Shown here in pieces: positions 51,850 through 65,799 of a stretch of DNA of 248,000 nucleotides. The DNA comes from Rhodosorus marinus CCMP1338. Lineage: Eukaryota; Plantae; Rhodophyta. The notes below the pieces were generated by a model. It did no database searches. It worked only from the letters and a program-made list of their open reading frames with translations, and was not told the DNA's origin. Position 1 is the stretch's first letter; every line of letters begins with the position of its first letter. The position numbers and the translations under genes are program-made. The stretch is from positions 1,012,001 to 1,260,000 of the forward strand of contig JAMWBK010000004.1 of the NCBI GenBank assembly GCA_029953675.1, in the 5' to 3' direction.

Positions 51850-54560
51850 CGAACGAATGGTTTAATCGGAGGCTGAAAAAAAAACCCCAAGGGGAAAAAA
51901 AGACTAAGCGCGGCGAAGTACTCGCGCCTCCAACATCAAAGCGGCATTCATGCTCCACAGCAGGAAACTTAAGCGGGTAAACAACGATTGAAGACGGTCA
52001 GGGCGTTCGCGGAACAACTCCCGAAGCCAGCGAGAACCAACAGAGTCCATGAACCCAAAGCACTCAATGATCAGGGGTACCAAGCGATGTGCTAGTGCCG
52101 AAGCACGAACACCAGAGGAAGACAAAGCCCCCGCGTATTTGATCTCTTGGAATACGAACGAATGGTTTAATCGGAGGCTGAAAAAAAAAAGCCCGAGGGG
52201 AAAAAAAGACTAAGCGCGGCGAAGTACTCGCGCCTCCAACATCAAAGCGGCATTCATGCGCCACAGCAGGAAACTTAAGCGGGTAAACAACGATTGAAGA
52301 CGGTCAGGGCGTTCGCGGAACAACTCCCGAAGCCAGCGAGAACCAACAGAGTCCATGAACCCAAAGCACTCAATGATCAGGGGTACCAAGCGATGTGCTA
52401 GTGCCGAAGCACGAACACCAGGGGAAGACAAAGCCCCCGCGTATTTGATCTCTTTGCGGCGTCTCATGCTGGCGGCGGCAGATCCACGGCGCTCCCCCGC
52501 AGCCGGGAGATAACGACTAGCTTGAGGGTTAGGAACAGCAAGATCAACGTATGTGGTACGGCGGCTGTCGTCACAGGTGATCACCAGGTCGGCTACACGG
52601 CGTTCATCATTTTGAAAGTCCGCGACGGGTAAAGGTTTCTCACGTTCGATTTCCAGACCGGCTTGCCGGACTATAGGCCGAAGTTCCCGGTATAACAGGT
52701 TCAAGATCCGTGTGTGGCGGCGGGTTCGAGCACCTTTCACCGCCGGGCAACTAGCGAGCAGGTGGGCGCCAAAATCTGCGTTGTCTTCAGTCTGAGAGCA
52801 GAGAGGGCACGACGAACCCATCTCGTACGGCCAAGGGGGCTGATGTAAGCCGAGGTATAAGCGCAGTGAAGTACGCACTTCGAAATCCGACAGTGTGAGT
52901 GGCGGAAAGGCTGGTACGGTCATGAGCCACTGAGAGCTAAGAACCCCTCCAAGACTACGTAGGCGGGCGCGAGCGCGAGAAGATGAGACCATCTGCGCGA
53001 GGAGTCGGCCATATGCAGCACGGTGCAAGTCCCAAGAAAGGATATTTTGCAGCGCATCCGTGCGTGCTTGAGCTCGGCTCCCAGCGCGCTGGGAATCATC
53101 AGGAGGATCAACTGGAACTTCTTCTTCTGCGGCAACCACTGGGTCAATCTCCCCTAGAACAGGTTCAGGCGCAGGACGAATCCCCGGAGCGGAGCCTCGA
53201 CAGCGGTCAAATACAGCTCGCCAGTCAGGAAGACGGGGTTGAACGGTTTCGGGGAGACTAGTACAGGAATTCAGGGCGGTTTGGAGCTCCAGAAACAAGT
53301 CTTGGGCGCTTTCCGGTACGCTGGGAAGCAAGACACCCCGCGAGAGGCTCGCCATCAAATTGCGGAACTTCGAGATACCCAAGCTTCTCAAAGTGGGAAG
53401 TGCGGTTCCCCAGGCCCCTACTGCGGCTGCAGGTTGGACCACAACACGATTGCAGAGGCCCAGTCCCCCCCAATCGCAATGGGAGGCCTACCTGGGCGCG
53501 CACAACATCACAGGTGGGTCGCGGCAGAGCGCTCAGCTCTTCATCGAGAAAATACCCCAGGTCACGGAAACTTTCAGCATCCGCACGAGTGGCCAACCAC
53601 CGGCCCCAATGAGTTGGAAGTGAGCGAAGCCAATAGGTTAACCGCTGACTGCAACAATACCGAAACAGCAACAACGAGCACTGGAGAAAGCCCGGAGGTA
53701 GCCGTCGAAGCTCTGCAACCAGCTGTCTGTGCTTACCGAGGAGCTGCAGCAACTCGCCTTCAACGAAGAACGGCGACCCGTAGGGGATGCCTAATTGGAC
53801 AAAACCATCCGGTCTCCAAATATCCTGGAACGACGCAGGTACCTGCTGCTCTTGTGCAGCTACACCTCCCCAGTAGAACGATTTGTGATGATTAACCTCC
53901 AGGTCAACCCGCGAAGCCAAGGAGCGGACACGATCATAAGCGAGTGCTAGAGTATCAGGGGGCCCCAGGAGGCACACGTCGTCGTGGTATGCAACCGTAC
54001 GAACCTGCGGGAATTCGGAGCGAAGACAAAGCAAGACGAGTTGTAGTCCACAGGCATGTAGGAAAGGGGACAAGGGATCACCCTGTTGTACCCCTGTGCG
54101 CGCCGCAAACGTGTGTGAGGAAGCGCCAAGGGTGTCATAGGTAGCCCCACGACCAAGCGGAGAATAAAGTCTACTAACAAAGGGAAAGCCTACAGGGAAG
54201 ACTTCGCGCACCACGCGCATGAGAGCCGGACGAGAGACGCGGTTGAACGCATTGGTAAAATCTACAGAGAGGAGCCCAGAATCTGGGGAGTACGCCATTT
54301 CAGAACGGAGTAAAACAGACAACAACTCACAGCCACCACGATAGCCCACGCCTAACTGCACGTGCCCAAAGAAACGGCGGGATTCGGGAACCAGGATTTT
54401 GACTAACCATCGCGCCGCCAATTTGCGGACCACCTCAACCAGGCCAATAGGGCGAATAGCAGGGCTCGAGGCCGTGTGGCCGGGCTTCGAAAGCAGACAC
54501 AACTGAGAACGCCCGACCAAGAACCACGCACACTCACGCAGGGGATCACCATTCACAAGG
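51850..54560 (-). mobile_element. Two tandem CRE-like family A copies (one ~2.4 kb including RT)
   Basis: ORFs 53258-54607 (RT: GVQQGDPLSP, YHDDV) and 52210-53442 (RLE). Confidence 0.9.
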
Positions 54561-54879
54561 AATAAAGGTAGGCATTTCGAAACAGAGCCTTTTGAATTGG
54601 TTGGCACTTCAATGATTGGCTAATACTCGCTTACGGCAATGCATTGGATAAACGGAAAAACGATTAAGTTATATACATTAGTATTTTAGAGGCTATGCTA
54701 TTTTTATTCTCTAATTAGATTAATAACTACCAATGATACGTATTGGAGATTTTTAAGGGATTATGAATGGTGAAAATGAAGCGGATGCCTCCCGTATTGG
54801 TCATACAGATGGAATATTTTTTTGCTGTCGTATTTCAATATGCCTGGGGTGGCGGGAGTCGATATATTGCTGGCATTAT

Positions 54880-57800
54880 TCTGGACTTTACTGGACTTTA
54901 CTAGCATAGCCTGAAGCGCTACGCAAGGCGTGAAGATGAACTAATAACTAGGGAGGGAAGTATGCAACCCCAGGCGCCGATGGCGCGCCTCGGAAAGCAT
55001 GTCGCTGGAATATCGCCAAAGGGAGACACTTAAAAGCCTCAAGAGCGCCAAATATTCAGTAGGATGCTCAGCAAAACATTTCCGCAACCACTCTAAACCC
55101 GACTTATCCACGTGACCAAAGCTTTCCACAATGAATGGCTGGAACCGGTGAGAGCGACCCTCAGCGCAAGGCAGACTGGCCATGCTCTCAGCATACCGTC
55201 GGTCAGGGCGTTCACGGAACAACTCCCGAAGCCAGCGAGAACCAACAGAGTCCATGAACCCAAAGCACTCAATGATCAGGGGTACCAAGCGATCTGCTAG
55301 TGCCGAAGCACGAACACCAGAGGAAGACAAAGCCCCCGCGTATTTGATCTCTTGGAATAAAGGTAGGCAATATTTCGAAACAGACCCTTTTGTGGGCTTT
55401 ACTGGACTTTACTGGACTTTACTGGACTTTACTAGCATAGCCTGAAGCGCTACGCAAGGCGTGAAGATGAACTAATAACTAGGGAGGGAAGCATGCAACC
55501 CCAGGCGCCTATGGCGCGCCTCGGAAAGCATGTCGCTGGAATATCGCCAAAGGGAGACCCTTAAACGGCTTAGTGCCGAAGCACGAACACCAGAGGAAGA
55601 CAAAGCCCCCGCGTATTTGATCTCTTGGAATAAAGGTAGGCAATATTTCGAAACAGACCCTTTTGTGGGCTTTACTGGACTTTACTGGACTTTACTAGCG
55701 TAACCCCGGACTTTACTAGCATAGCATGAAGCGCTACGTAAGGCGTGAAGATGAACTAATAACTAGGGAGGGAAGCATGCAACCCCAGGCGCCGATGGCG
55801 CGCCTCGGAAAGCATGTGGCTTTGTTCTGGCTTTATTAGCATAGCCTACAGCGCTACGCAAACCATGAAAAGGAACTAAGAACTAGGTAGGGAAGCGTGA
55901 AAACCCAGGCGCCGATGGCGCGCCTCGGCAAGCATGCTGCTCGAATATCGTCACAGAGAGACACTTAAGCGCCGCAAAAGTTCCAAGTATTCAACAGGAT
56001 GCTCAGTGAAACATTTCCGTAACCACTCCAAACCCGAATTCTCCTCGTGACCAAAGCTTTCCACAATGAAAGGCTGGAACCGGTGGGAGCGACCCTCAGC
56101 GCGAGGCAGGCTGGCCATACTCTCAGCATACCGTCGTTCCTTCACGCGGCGAAGGGCCGAAGCAGCTGCTCCCCGGCGACGGGCGGCAGCCGTCAGATGG
56201 GAGCTTGCCACAGGGCATGTAATCGCGAGGTCAACATATGCTGAGCGTCTGGCGGCAGCATCGGAGACGAGGAGATCTGCGATACAGCGGGGCGGCGTGC
56301 CCTATCCGAGACCGATCTGGGTAGTTCCGATTCCACCTCAACCGTATGCCCTGCCCGAGTCAGACATTCGCTGAGAATGTACTTGAAGCGAGTGTGACGC
56401 CTCGTACGAAGACCTCTCAACAGTCCGCATGAACCTAAGAAATGGTAACCACAAGCATCGATCCGACTCTCACATCCCTGACAGAAAGACGGGCGATTAG
56501 GGTGCCACGGAGCTTGTGGCAAACCCAGGTAAATCCGTGCGGCATAGCGAAACTGGAAGGCATCCAGACGGTGACCCAGTGCTGACGGCAGGGTCGTTAA
56601 CCACAAATGTGATAGATGGCCTCCCACGCTGCTCGCCTAAGGACCCTCAGGAGTGGAGCGCGGAGGGACCCCGGCCATCACGGAGGAGTGTGCTGAACAG
56701 GAGTTTCACGAAGGAACCCGACCAAAAACTCCCGGACAAACCAGCGCCTCAGACCGAAAACTCGTTCGCAAGAGTCTTGGACAAAGTTGTCACTCCCCAA
56801 ACCGACGCCATGGTGCTCGAGCTCCGCATGTTCACCAAGGGCTCGGAGATTAGGTGGCAGGGAGCCCCTCCAAACTTCACGCGGGCCGAGAAAACGGCAT
56901 TTTTCGGATTCCATGGTTAGACCTACTCCACGTGCGAGTTCTTCGATCTGGGTCAGTCCCCGAGCCAAGTGCTCAGCAGTGCCCAGTAACGTCACGTCGT
57001 CATGGTAGGCACAAATGCGAAGCTCCGGCACCTCAGCCGCCAGTCGCTGGAGCACGAGCTGCAAGGCACCGCGTGAAGTACCGGCCCACAAGGATCACCC
57101 TGTTGAACGCCAGTACGTGCTGCAAAAACAGAGCCCTGCGTTGTCAAGTAAGGGAGGCTTCCCCCTCCGTGAATACCGGATAGGAACGGCCACGCCTATG
57201 GGAATACGCTGCGAATCACCTCCAAAGCATGCGTCCGCGAGACGCTGTCGAACGCGTTACGGAAGCCAACTACCAAAACGCCCCAATCAGGCCTACTGGC
57301 TCGCTCGAGCTCGGTCGTATGGGTGATTAGTTCGCAACCCCTGGAAAATCCCACCCCTACCTGCCAAGGCGCCATAAAGGCGGTGACTCGCTGGCGTAGG
57401 CGCTGGCATAGCCACCTCCCGGCGAGTTTCCGTAGACTCTCAACCATACCGATCGGCCGGAGACGCGGGTGTGCCGGCTCGTGGTCGGGTTTCATTAACA
57501 AGCAAAGCTGTGCCCGTCGCAGATGGTCTCAAGGGTTAGACGCACCCCTGCGACCTGAAACAGCGTATTCAGGATCTTCACCAGGGCGCTTTGGCTAGGC
57601 TTGCTCAAGGCCTGCAGTAATTCCGTTCGTAGCTCAGAGGGTCCAGGGGCAGCGTCCACGACGGGAGGCCCAGAGCAAATCCTCCAGATCGGACTCACGG
57701 AGCGTCAGGTCGATGCGGAACCTGGCCAACTCTGGACGGTCTAAAAATACCTCGAATTCGGGGAGCAAGTCTACGTCGGACGAGGGGTTGAGCAAGCCTG

Positions 57801-60800
57801 GCCAGAACGCCCTGGTGAAGATCCTGAATACGCTGTTTCAGGTCGCAGGGGTGCGTCTAACCCTTGAGACCATCTGCGACGGGCACAGCTTTGCTTGTTA
57901 ATGAAACCCGACCACGAGCCGGCACACCCGCGTCTCCGGCCGATCGGTATGGTTGAGAGTCTACGGAAACTCGCCGGGAGGTGGCTATGCCAGCGCCTAC
58001 GCCAGCGAGTCACCGCCTTTATGGCGCCTTGGCAGGTAGGGGTGGGATTTTCCAGGGGTTGCGAACTAATCACCCATACGACCGAGCTCGAGCGAGCCAG
58101 TAGGCCTGATTGGGGCGTTTTGGTAGTTGGCTTCCGTAACGCGTTCGACAGCGTCTCGCGGACGCATGCTTTGGAGGTGATTCGCAGCGTATTCCCATAG
58201 GCGTGGCCGTTCCTATCCGGTATTCACGGAGGGGGAAGCCTCCCTTACTTGACAACGCAGGGCTCTGTTTTTGCAGCACGTACTGGCGTTCAACAGGGTG
58301 ATCCTTGTGGGCCGGTACTTCACGCGGTGCCTTGCAGCTCGTGCTCCAGCGACTGGCGGCTGAGGTGCCGGAGCTTCGCATTTGTGCCTACCATGACGAC
58401 GTGACGTTACTGGGCACTGCTGAGCACTTGGCTCGGGGACTGACCCAGATCGAAGAACTCGCACGTGGAGTAGGTCTAACCGTAAGCTTTACTGGGCAGC
58501 TGCCTACTGCAGCGCAACACTACGTCTAATCCTATCTAGGGAGAAACTTACTGGAACCCCGCTACCGGGGTCTCATGCTACGTTCAAAAGAAAAAACAGG
58601 CACCAGCGGATTCTCCAGCTGGTCCACGCGCAAAGCGCCTAATGCTATCTCTGCGTTACCTCGCCATAGTTGCCGGTTTATCTGGGATCTCACGTCTCTC
58701 AGCTCCTCACTCCTGTGCAGTAGGTGTTTGCAGCTGTCGCGGAGGAACTCTTGTGCCATTTGCCCCGTACGCCCAAACGTCTCTATTGCTATCGGGATGA
58801 ACTTATCATCCGGTTTCTCGATCACCATCGCTTCCTTGTAGTGAGCGATTTTCCACTTCTCCGCAGCTCTCGCCGCGTATCCGCTATCATCTTGGCTCCG
58901 CCGCAAATATTTTCCCTGTAATGGTGACACCACCGTCACATCCAGCGCATACCTTTGTTTAGTCCTCGGATGCCTAGCAACGATATCAGGTCGCAGTCCG
59001 TAGTTCTCGAAGTACCCCTCAGGTTCTTGCTCTACGTCCATGAAGTTCCATCGCCGTAGCCACCGTGCCAGCTCTCTGCAGATTTCGTCATGCCTACGTT
59101 GCCACAGTCCAGTTGATGTTGGGCAGTGATGAAACCGTTGTACCCCAGTCCTTCCGTGTTTACTCCGGCAACTAGTGCACTTCTCGGTGGTCCGCAATCC
59201 CGGAATTGGCAGACCCAGCAGTTGTCGAACGTTTACCTGCATCTCAACCGCACTCAATTTTTTCGGTGTCAGCGTTGGTATTTCACGTAGCCAGACTCCC
59301 GACCCGGATCCCGCTGCAGACCGTATTCGAGCTCGGTTTTCAGGGGAGATTCGAGCTCGGTTTTCAGGGGAGATTCGTGGGTTGGTGACCAGCTTTTGGA
59401 ATGCACAATGGTGTGCCTCTCGAGAGAGGGTTTGTTGTATTGAACCATTATTCCAAGCTGCAGTCTCGCCCGGGGCGCTTCGAAGAGATGTTTCTCGCGG
59501 TTGTTGCAGGGTTGTCAGTGCCAAGATCCGCGGCGGGGTTTCTGCTCCGAGCCTCCGTTGTATTGCTCGCGACGATGCACAGATCTGGTCCGCCAGCTGT
59601 GCAGTCGACCATCGTTGATCCATCGGCTCGTATGTGTCTGGTGAGCGTTCTGCCGTAACCTCCCGCTCTAGTTCAGTCAGGTATGGCCATTCATCTTCAT
59701 TGTTCCGGAAGGTGTTTCTCCATGACGAGTAAAACGCGATGGGTTGGACGCGCTTTCGAGTAGCGAAACCCAAACCTCCCCAGCGGCAGGGCAGAGCGAT
59801 TTGGTCCGAGATCAGCTCTGCGTACTCATCGTCCTCTACAGTTTCGAGAAACGATTTAGAAAATCTACCTGGCACGGAACATCCTTCCAATCTCCTCAAT
59901 GAGGATGGCAAGGTGAAGCCGAGCGAGGCGTTAATTACCCAAGCAAAATACGAGGCTGGCTTCTTCTCGTTCTTCTGAGGCGGACGAGCTGCAGAAGGAA
60001 CAGTTTTTACTTAAGGCCGCATACAAATTCCCAGTGACAAGGCTGACACCAGAACCAGAAAAACAAGCACAAGAGTGTCGCCACGTACCCATGGAATCCG
60101 AAAAATGCCGTTTTCTCGGCCCGCGTGAAGTTTCGAGGGGCTCCATGCCACCTAATCTCCGAGCCCTTGGTGAACATGCGGGGCTCGAGCACCATGGCGT
60201 CGGTTTGGGGAGTGACAACTTTGTCCAAGACTCTTGCGAACGAGTTTTTGCGCGCCATAAACAGCTCACCGACGCCATTGAGCGCCTACCGGATAGCATG
60301 CTCCAATCGGCTGGCCTGCTCTCCCGCTTTTATGCCGGCCCCCGACTGAATTACTGGCTGCGAAGTCTTCCACCGCACTGGTGCTCGTGGATGGCAGGCA
60401 AGGCGGACGAGGCGACGCTGAAGCACTGGGGAACGCTCCTGGATGAACCCCTGGACTTGGAAGCGGCTCCTGACAGGGGCCTAATTCGTGGCCAGATTGC
60501 CGTACCTTTACTATTAGGCGGATTTGGAGTGGCCGACCGTGGACTCGTATGCTCGGCAGCGGCGGTCGCCTCCTGGGCTACCGCGCATCGCACCTTGGTG
60601 AGTTTTCGGATGCGAAGTGCTTGCCTTTTGGCTAGAGCACTGACTATCGAAGAACCCGTGACCCTTCCGCCGCCGCTTTTGAGTATCTATGATGCTCTGC
60701 ATCAGGCGTTCAGTAAGTGCAACGCCGTGCCGGACGAGAGCCGATCCAGATTTCGCTCCTGGAAGGAGCTGTTATGGGGACGAACTGAGGCGCTCTAGGA

Positions 60801-61790
60801 CTCTCCAATCTACAGAGTACTCGCCGACGAGGGGGAAGCTAGCCCCGGGTCACCGGTTGCCGATTTCCCGGGTTTGAGCCGATTGTGGAGCTCGCGCACT
60901 GATGTGATTCAACATAGCCTCACCTGTGGCCAACACAGTGCCGCTCCCGCAATCTTGCTCAACTCTCCCCTCACACCGCCTACCACCGCTCGCCTCCGCG
61001 CCATGGGAGGCCATCTATCACATTTTTTTATATTTTTTGTGGTTAACGACCCTGCCGTCAGCACTGGGTCACCGTCTGGATGCCTTCCAGTTTCGCTCTG
61101 CCGCACGGACTTACCTGGGTTTGCCACACGCTCCGTGGCACTCTAATCGCCCGTCTTTCTGTCAGGGATGTGAGAGTCGGATCGATGCTTGTGGTTACCA
61201 TTTCTTAGGTTCATGCGGACTGTTGAGAGGTCTTCGTACGAGGCGTCACACTCGCTTCAAGTACATTCTCAGCGAATGTTTGACTCGGGCAGGGCATACG
61301 GTTGAGGTGGAATCGGACTACCCAGATCGGTCTCGGATAGGGCACCGCCCTATGCGGCTGTATCGCAGATCTCCTCTTCTCCGATGCTGCTGCCAGACGC
61401 TCAGCATATGTTGACCTCGCGATTACATGGCCTGCGGCAAGCGCCCATCTGACGGCTGCCGCCCGTCGCCGGGGAGCAGCTGCTTCGGCCCTTCGCCGCG
61501 TGAAGGAACGACGGTATGCTGAGAGTATGGCCAGCCTGCCTCGTGCGGAGGGTCGCTCCCACCGTTTCCAGCCTTTCATTGTGGAAAGCTTTGGTCATGT
61601 GGAGAAGTCGGGTTTGGAGTGGTTACGGAAATGCTTCACTGAGCACTTTTGCGGCGCTTAAAGTTCTCTCTGTGACGATATTCGAGCAGCATGCTTGCCG
61701 AGGCGCGCCATCGGCGCCTGGGTTTGCACGCTTCCCTACCTAGTTCTTAGTTCCTTTCACGGTTTGCGTAGCGCCGTAAGCTGTGCTAAT
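54880..61790. mobile_element. Nested and inverted cluster of family B copies with a family A piece and a family C insertion
   Basis: Identical 101-aa ORFs on opposite strands (57196-57501 and 57895-58200); several tails. Confidence 0.85.
58490..59930 (-). mobile_element. CRE-like family C 3' part (RLE intact)
   Basis: QIALPCRWGGLG, CTSC..HC..RRHDEI, LRPDIV, LDVTV, FIPIAIETFG; tail gcagctgcccagtaaagc. Confidence 0.85.
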
Positions 61791-61855
61791 AAAACCAGTG
61801 CCAGTAACACTGGTTTTATTAGCACAGCGAGTGTGACGCCTCGTACGGAGACCTG

Positions 61856-62465
61856 TTGCGAGGTCTCCGTACGAGGCGTCACACTCGCCTCAAGTACATC
61901 CTCAGCGAATTTTTGACTCGGATAGGGCATACGGTTGAGGTTGAGTCGGAACTGCCCAGATCAATCTCGGACTCCGCACCGCCCCGTTGTATAGCCGATC
62001 TCCTCGTCTCTGACGCTGCTGCCAGACGCTCAACATATGTGGACCTTGTGATTACCTGCCCCGTGGCCAGCGCCCACCTCACCGCAGCCGCCCGCCGCCG
62101 GGGGGCCGCGGCTTCAGCCCTTCGAAGAGTTAAGGAACGACGGTATGCTGAGAGCATGGCCAGTCTGCCTTGCGCTGAGGGTCGCTCTCACCGGTTCCAG
62201 CCATTCATTGTGGAAAGCTTTGGTCACGTGGATAAGTCGGGTTTAGAGTGGTTGCGGAAATGTTTTGCTGAGCATCCTACTGAATATTTGGCGCTCTTGA
62301 GGCGTTTAAGTGTCTCCCTTTGGCGATATTCCAGCGACATGCTTTCCGAGGCGCGCCATCGGCGCCTGGGGTTGCATACTTCCCTCCCTAGTTATTAGTT
62401 CATCTTCACGCCTTGCGTAGCGCTTCAGGCTATGCTAGTAAAGTCCAGTAAAGCCCAGTAAAGGG
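61856..62465 (+). mobile_element. CRE-like family B 3' fragment with fold-back 5' junction
   Basis: 180-aa RLE ORF; 28-bp inverted duplication at the 5' end. Confidence 0.9.
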
Positions 62466-63363
62466 AATAAAGCCTGTAGACTAGTGGAAGAGGTGGTAAG
62501 GACTTGGAGTAGAACAAGCACATTCCGCGAGGGAGGACGGCATTCGGTCGTTATCGAACCATTTCTCGGACGAAGGTTCTTACTTATTTTCTATCCAGGT
62601 TCGATATGCTTGTATTGGATGGAAGTCCGCAGTAAAGGGCACCTTTTTATAGGTTCGATAAATGTTGCTCGGACCGTTCGATATTCATCTATCGCCACTG
62701 GACTTATTGTTTTATCGGAAAGAGATAACAAACCGCTTCCAACCGGATTGTGGTGTATGAACGCTGCTTTATGTTGGAGGCGTGCGATCCGCGCATAGTC
62801 TTTCTTTCCGCTGCGGGGTTTATTCTTTCAGTCTCCGATTAGGCAAATTCATTCGTTCCACCCTGGTCATTGAGCCTTTGGGTTTATGGATTCCGTTGGT
62901 TCTCGTTGGCTTCGGGAGTTAGGTCCGCGAACGTCCTTATCGTCTCTCCTCGTTGTTTACCCGTTCAAGTTTCTTGCTGTGGCGTAGGAACGCTGCTTTC
63001 TTGTTGGAGGCGCGAGATCTTCGCCACCCGTAGTCATTTTCTTCCCCTCGGGGTTGCCTTTCTTCCAGTCCCGGATTTAACAAAGGCACGCAGTAGCCAA
63101 GGCCCAACGTACGCTGGTCGTACATTTTAAAACCTTCAGACTGTTCCCATCGCCAACGGTTTTTTAGTTTTCTGGTTACCACTTTTCGGACTCCTCAGCA
63201 AATGGGTTTATTCCGTTACTGGAAGAAAATCATGTTTTTGTCGCTTTTTATTTTTTGTATTTTTGTATTTCCCTTCAATACTTTCTATCTATATCACTTT
63301 GGGAGGGGTTCCGCCCATCCACTTAGCGCGATGCAATTTCCATGCTCACGCGCGCAGATGCCA

Positions 63364-63945
63364 CTATAATATGTTGCAGAAATAAGCTATAGAGCAGATT
63401 TGTCGGAATGGTTTCTTCGCATCGGGCGTTCTGCAGCTAGAGTTTGCATTCTCCTGTGTCATATACACTCGCTCAGGCGCCCCACCGTTCACACTGACCA
63501 CGGCAAATGCGTATAGGTCGAAGGTGGGGTATCCACAGCACGATGCGAGCTGTTGCACCTTGATCCTTCTGGGACAAATGGTTATATCGGCACTGTGAAC
63601 CGTCTTTCCCTCGACCTGAGGAACACGCTTCTTCCGTGGGAATCTGTCCTTGCCAGTAGGCGTTCTCCGATCTGAAACAGGGAAGAGTCCTGCCCTGAGC
63701 TTCAGGAGACCGACCTCTTCCAATGTTGTAAATGTCCCTAAATAACAGTGTCTGTTCGCTCGGCTGACGTCCATAGACCACACTATCCTCCCGCGTAGTA
63801 GCCCGTCAGCGTCCACGAGCTCCGCGTTCGAAGCACTGGCAAAAAATTTCTTGAACCTGGGCTCATCAGAGCATGGAAGTAGTTCGGAACTGACAAGACC
63901 CAGCAGCGCCAGGCTGAACACAACAAACGTGACGGCTCTCACCAT
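63364..63945 (-). CDS. Small secreted Cys-rich protein (shared Cys domain only)
   Basis: Signal peptide; LRAGLF, RFPRKK, ITIC, SCC motifs. Confidence 0.75.
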   Translation of the reverse strand: MVRAVTFVVFSLALLGLVSSELLPCSDEPRFKKFFASASNAELVDADGLLRGRIVWSMDVSRANRHCYLGTFTTLEEVGLLKLRAGLFPVSDRRTPTGKDRFPRKKRVPQVEGKTVHSADITICPRRIKVQQLASCCGYPTFDLYAFAVVSVNGGAPERVYMTQENANSSCRTPDAKKPFRQICSIAYFCNIL

Positions 63946-65115
63946 CTTACCTCTGCACTCAACCACTCCCTGCGAGTCCTACTCCTCCTTATCGACGAAC
64001 ACAAAAGCCACAGCTAAAAATATTTGCTGCCAAGCTCTGTCAACCTCACTACACCATCTGAGACCTAGAGCATATGTATTTATAGCCAACTGGGCCAGCT
64101 TGTCAAAGCGCACCTGAAGATATCCAGAGAGTACACGTAAGAATTTTGCACGCTTCCCTACCTAGTTCTTAGTTCCTTTTCACGGTTTGCGTAGCGCTGT
64201 AGGCTATGCTAATAAAACCAGAATAAGTAAAGCGACCACCAATACCAATGAAACCCACAAAAAAAAACAGATTGTTCCTGGGTGAAAGGAACCAAGCGTG
64301 CTAGTGGTGTGCTCGGGAGTAGGTAGCAGGCGAATAACGGCTGCCGGGCATGGTCGTGTCCGTCGCAAGCGCCAATAACCCGGCCTCCAACTATCACTTA
64401 ATGGTCAGTCAAACGGATTTTCACTAAGGATACAGAGCTTTTCGTCAAAGTGAGCAATCCTTATATCTATCTAAGCGAAGTAGCACTGTAAGTTGCACAC
64501 AACGGTAGGAAACACCTAGTAACCCACAGGGGACGAGCATAGGGGAAGTAAAACTATCAACTGTTTGGGAGCCGTCAGCCGGCACTTGGCGCTCACGGAA
64601 CAGTCATTCATCGAAGCCAACGGGAGCTAAACGATTTTGATTAATTAACGAGATCTTCGCAAAGCTTCCATATTTCAGAAGAAAATACGCTGTGTACCGT
64701 ACATACCGCGGACATGGGAGAATACTGGTGGTTTGCTGAACCAATCGGCGTGAACAAAAAAACAATGTTGGCGTCACTAAATACGGACGAGAGAAATCAG
64801 CCCTACCTCCCCCCTCCTCCCCTACCCCCCAACTTCCTCCCTCTTCAGCCGTTTTAGTGAAATATAAGCCAGTGAAATCTATGATGATTCTGAAGCATCA
64901 CCGTTTTATTAGAGACAGGAAGAGGAAGGGGGAAAAGCCCAAAGTTTTTGATGCAGCAGTCGTTGTAGCGCCGAAGCATGGCATACTTAGAGTTCTCGGT
65001 GGGATGACAAGTTGTGCTATATAAGACTAAAAACATCGTTGGGAAAGAAAGACTACTGACGCCTACACGACATCCCGCCTCTCCAACGGACAAAAAAAGG
65101 AAAAAAAGAAAGAAA

Positions 65116-65330
65116 GACGTTGGGAAACAAGGGTTGCTGACGTCGTAATATGAATGAACGTTGTAGCCTGGCGTCGTTCTAACAGCAAATAAAGCCAGAC
65201 AAACAAGAAAGACAAAAAAGACGTTGGGAAACAAGGGTTGCTGACGTCGTACATGAATGAACGTTGCAGCCTGGCGTCGTTCTAACAGCTAACAAAGCCA
65301 GACAAACAAGAAAGACAAAAAAGGACGTTG
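65116..65330 (+). repeat. ~104-bp tandem duplication
   Basis: gacgttgggaaacaagggttgctgacgtcg... twice plus a partial third. Confidence 0.85.
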
Positions 65331-65799
65331 GGAAACGGTTGGACTCCTACTTCACGATGGATGCCACTTCTGTGCTTTATTTGCGAGGGGGTCCCTGCCC
65401 GGGAAAATCTGGCGTTTCCTAGGTGTCGTGGTCCGGAGGGGGGGTTTACTGTTTCCGTTGGGTGCGCCAGAGAGGTGTGGTATTCGTTTATTCTGTATTA
65501 CGGGTTCTAACTTGGTTGGTTCTGCTATTCGACAAAAGTAAGCCAACTGTATCTGAAAAGTCAAGCTTTGAGTGGCTGCGTAAGTATTTTACCGAACATC
65601 CTGAAGAATTTCTGGTGCTCCTCCACCGCCCTTCAAGTATCGCTCTCTGGCGGTATTCTAGCAACATGCTCGCCGAGGGGCGCGCGCCGCCGCCTGATCT
65701 TACATGCTCTTCTCCCTAGTCCCTAGTTTCCTTTTACGTCGTGCGTAGCGCACATAACTATGTTAATAAAGATTATCAAAGCCCATTGGAGTATTCGTG

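Noticed and set aside
65116-65330. CRISPR-like repeat array
   Set aside because: Units are full ~104-bp tandem duplications with no unique spacers; eukaryotic context, no cas genes.
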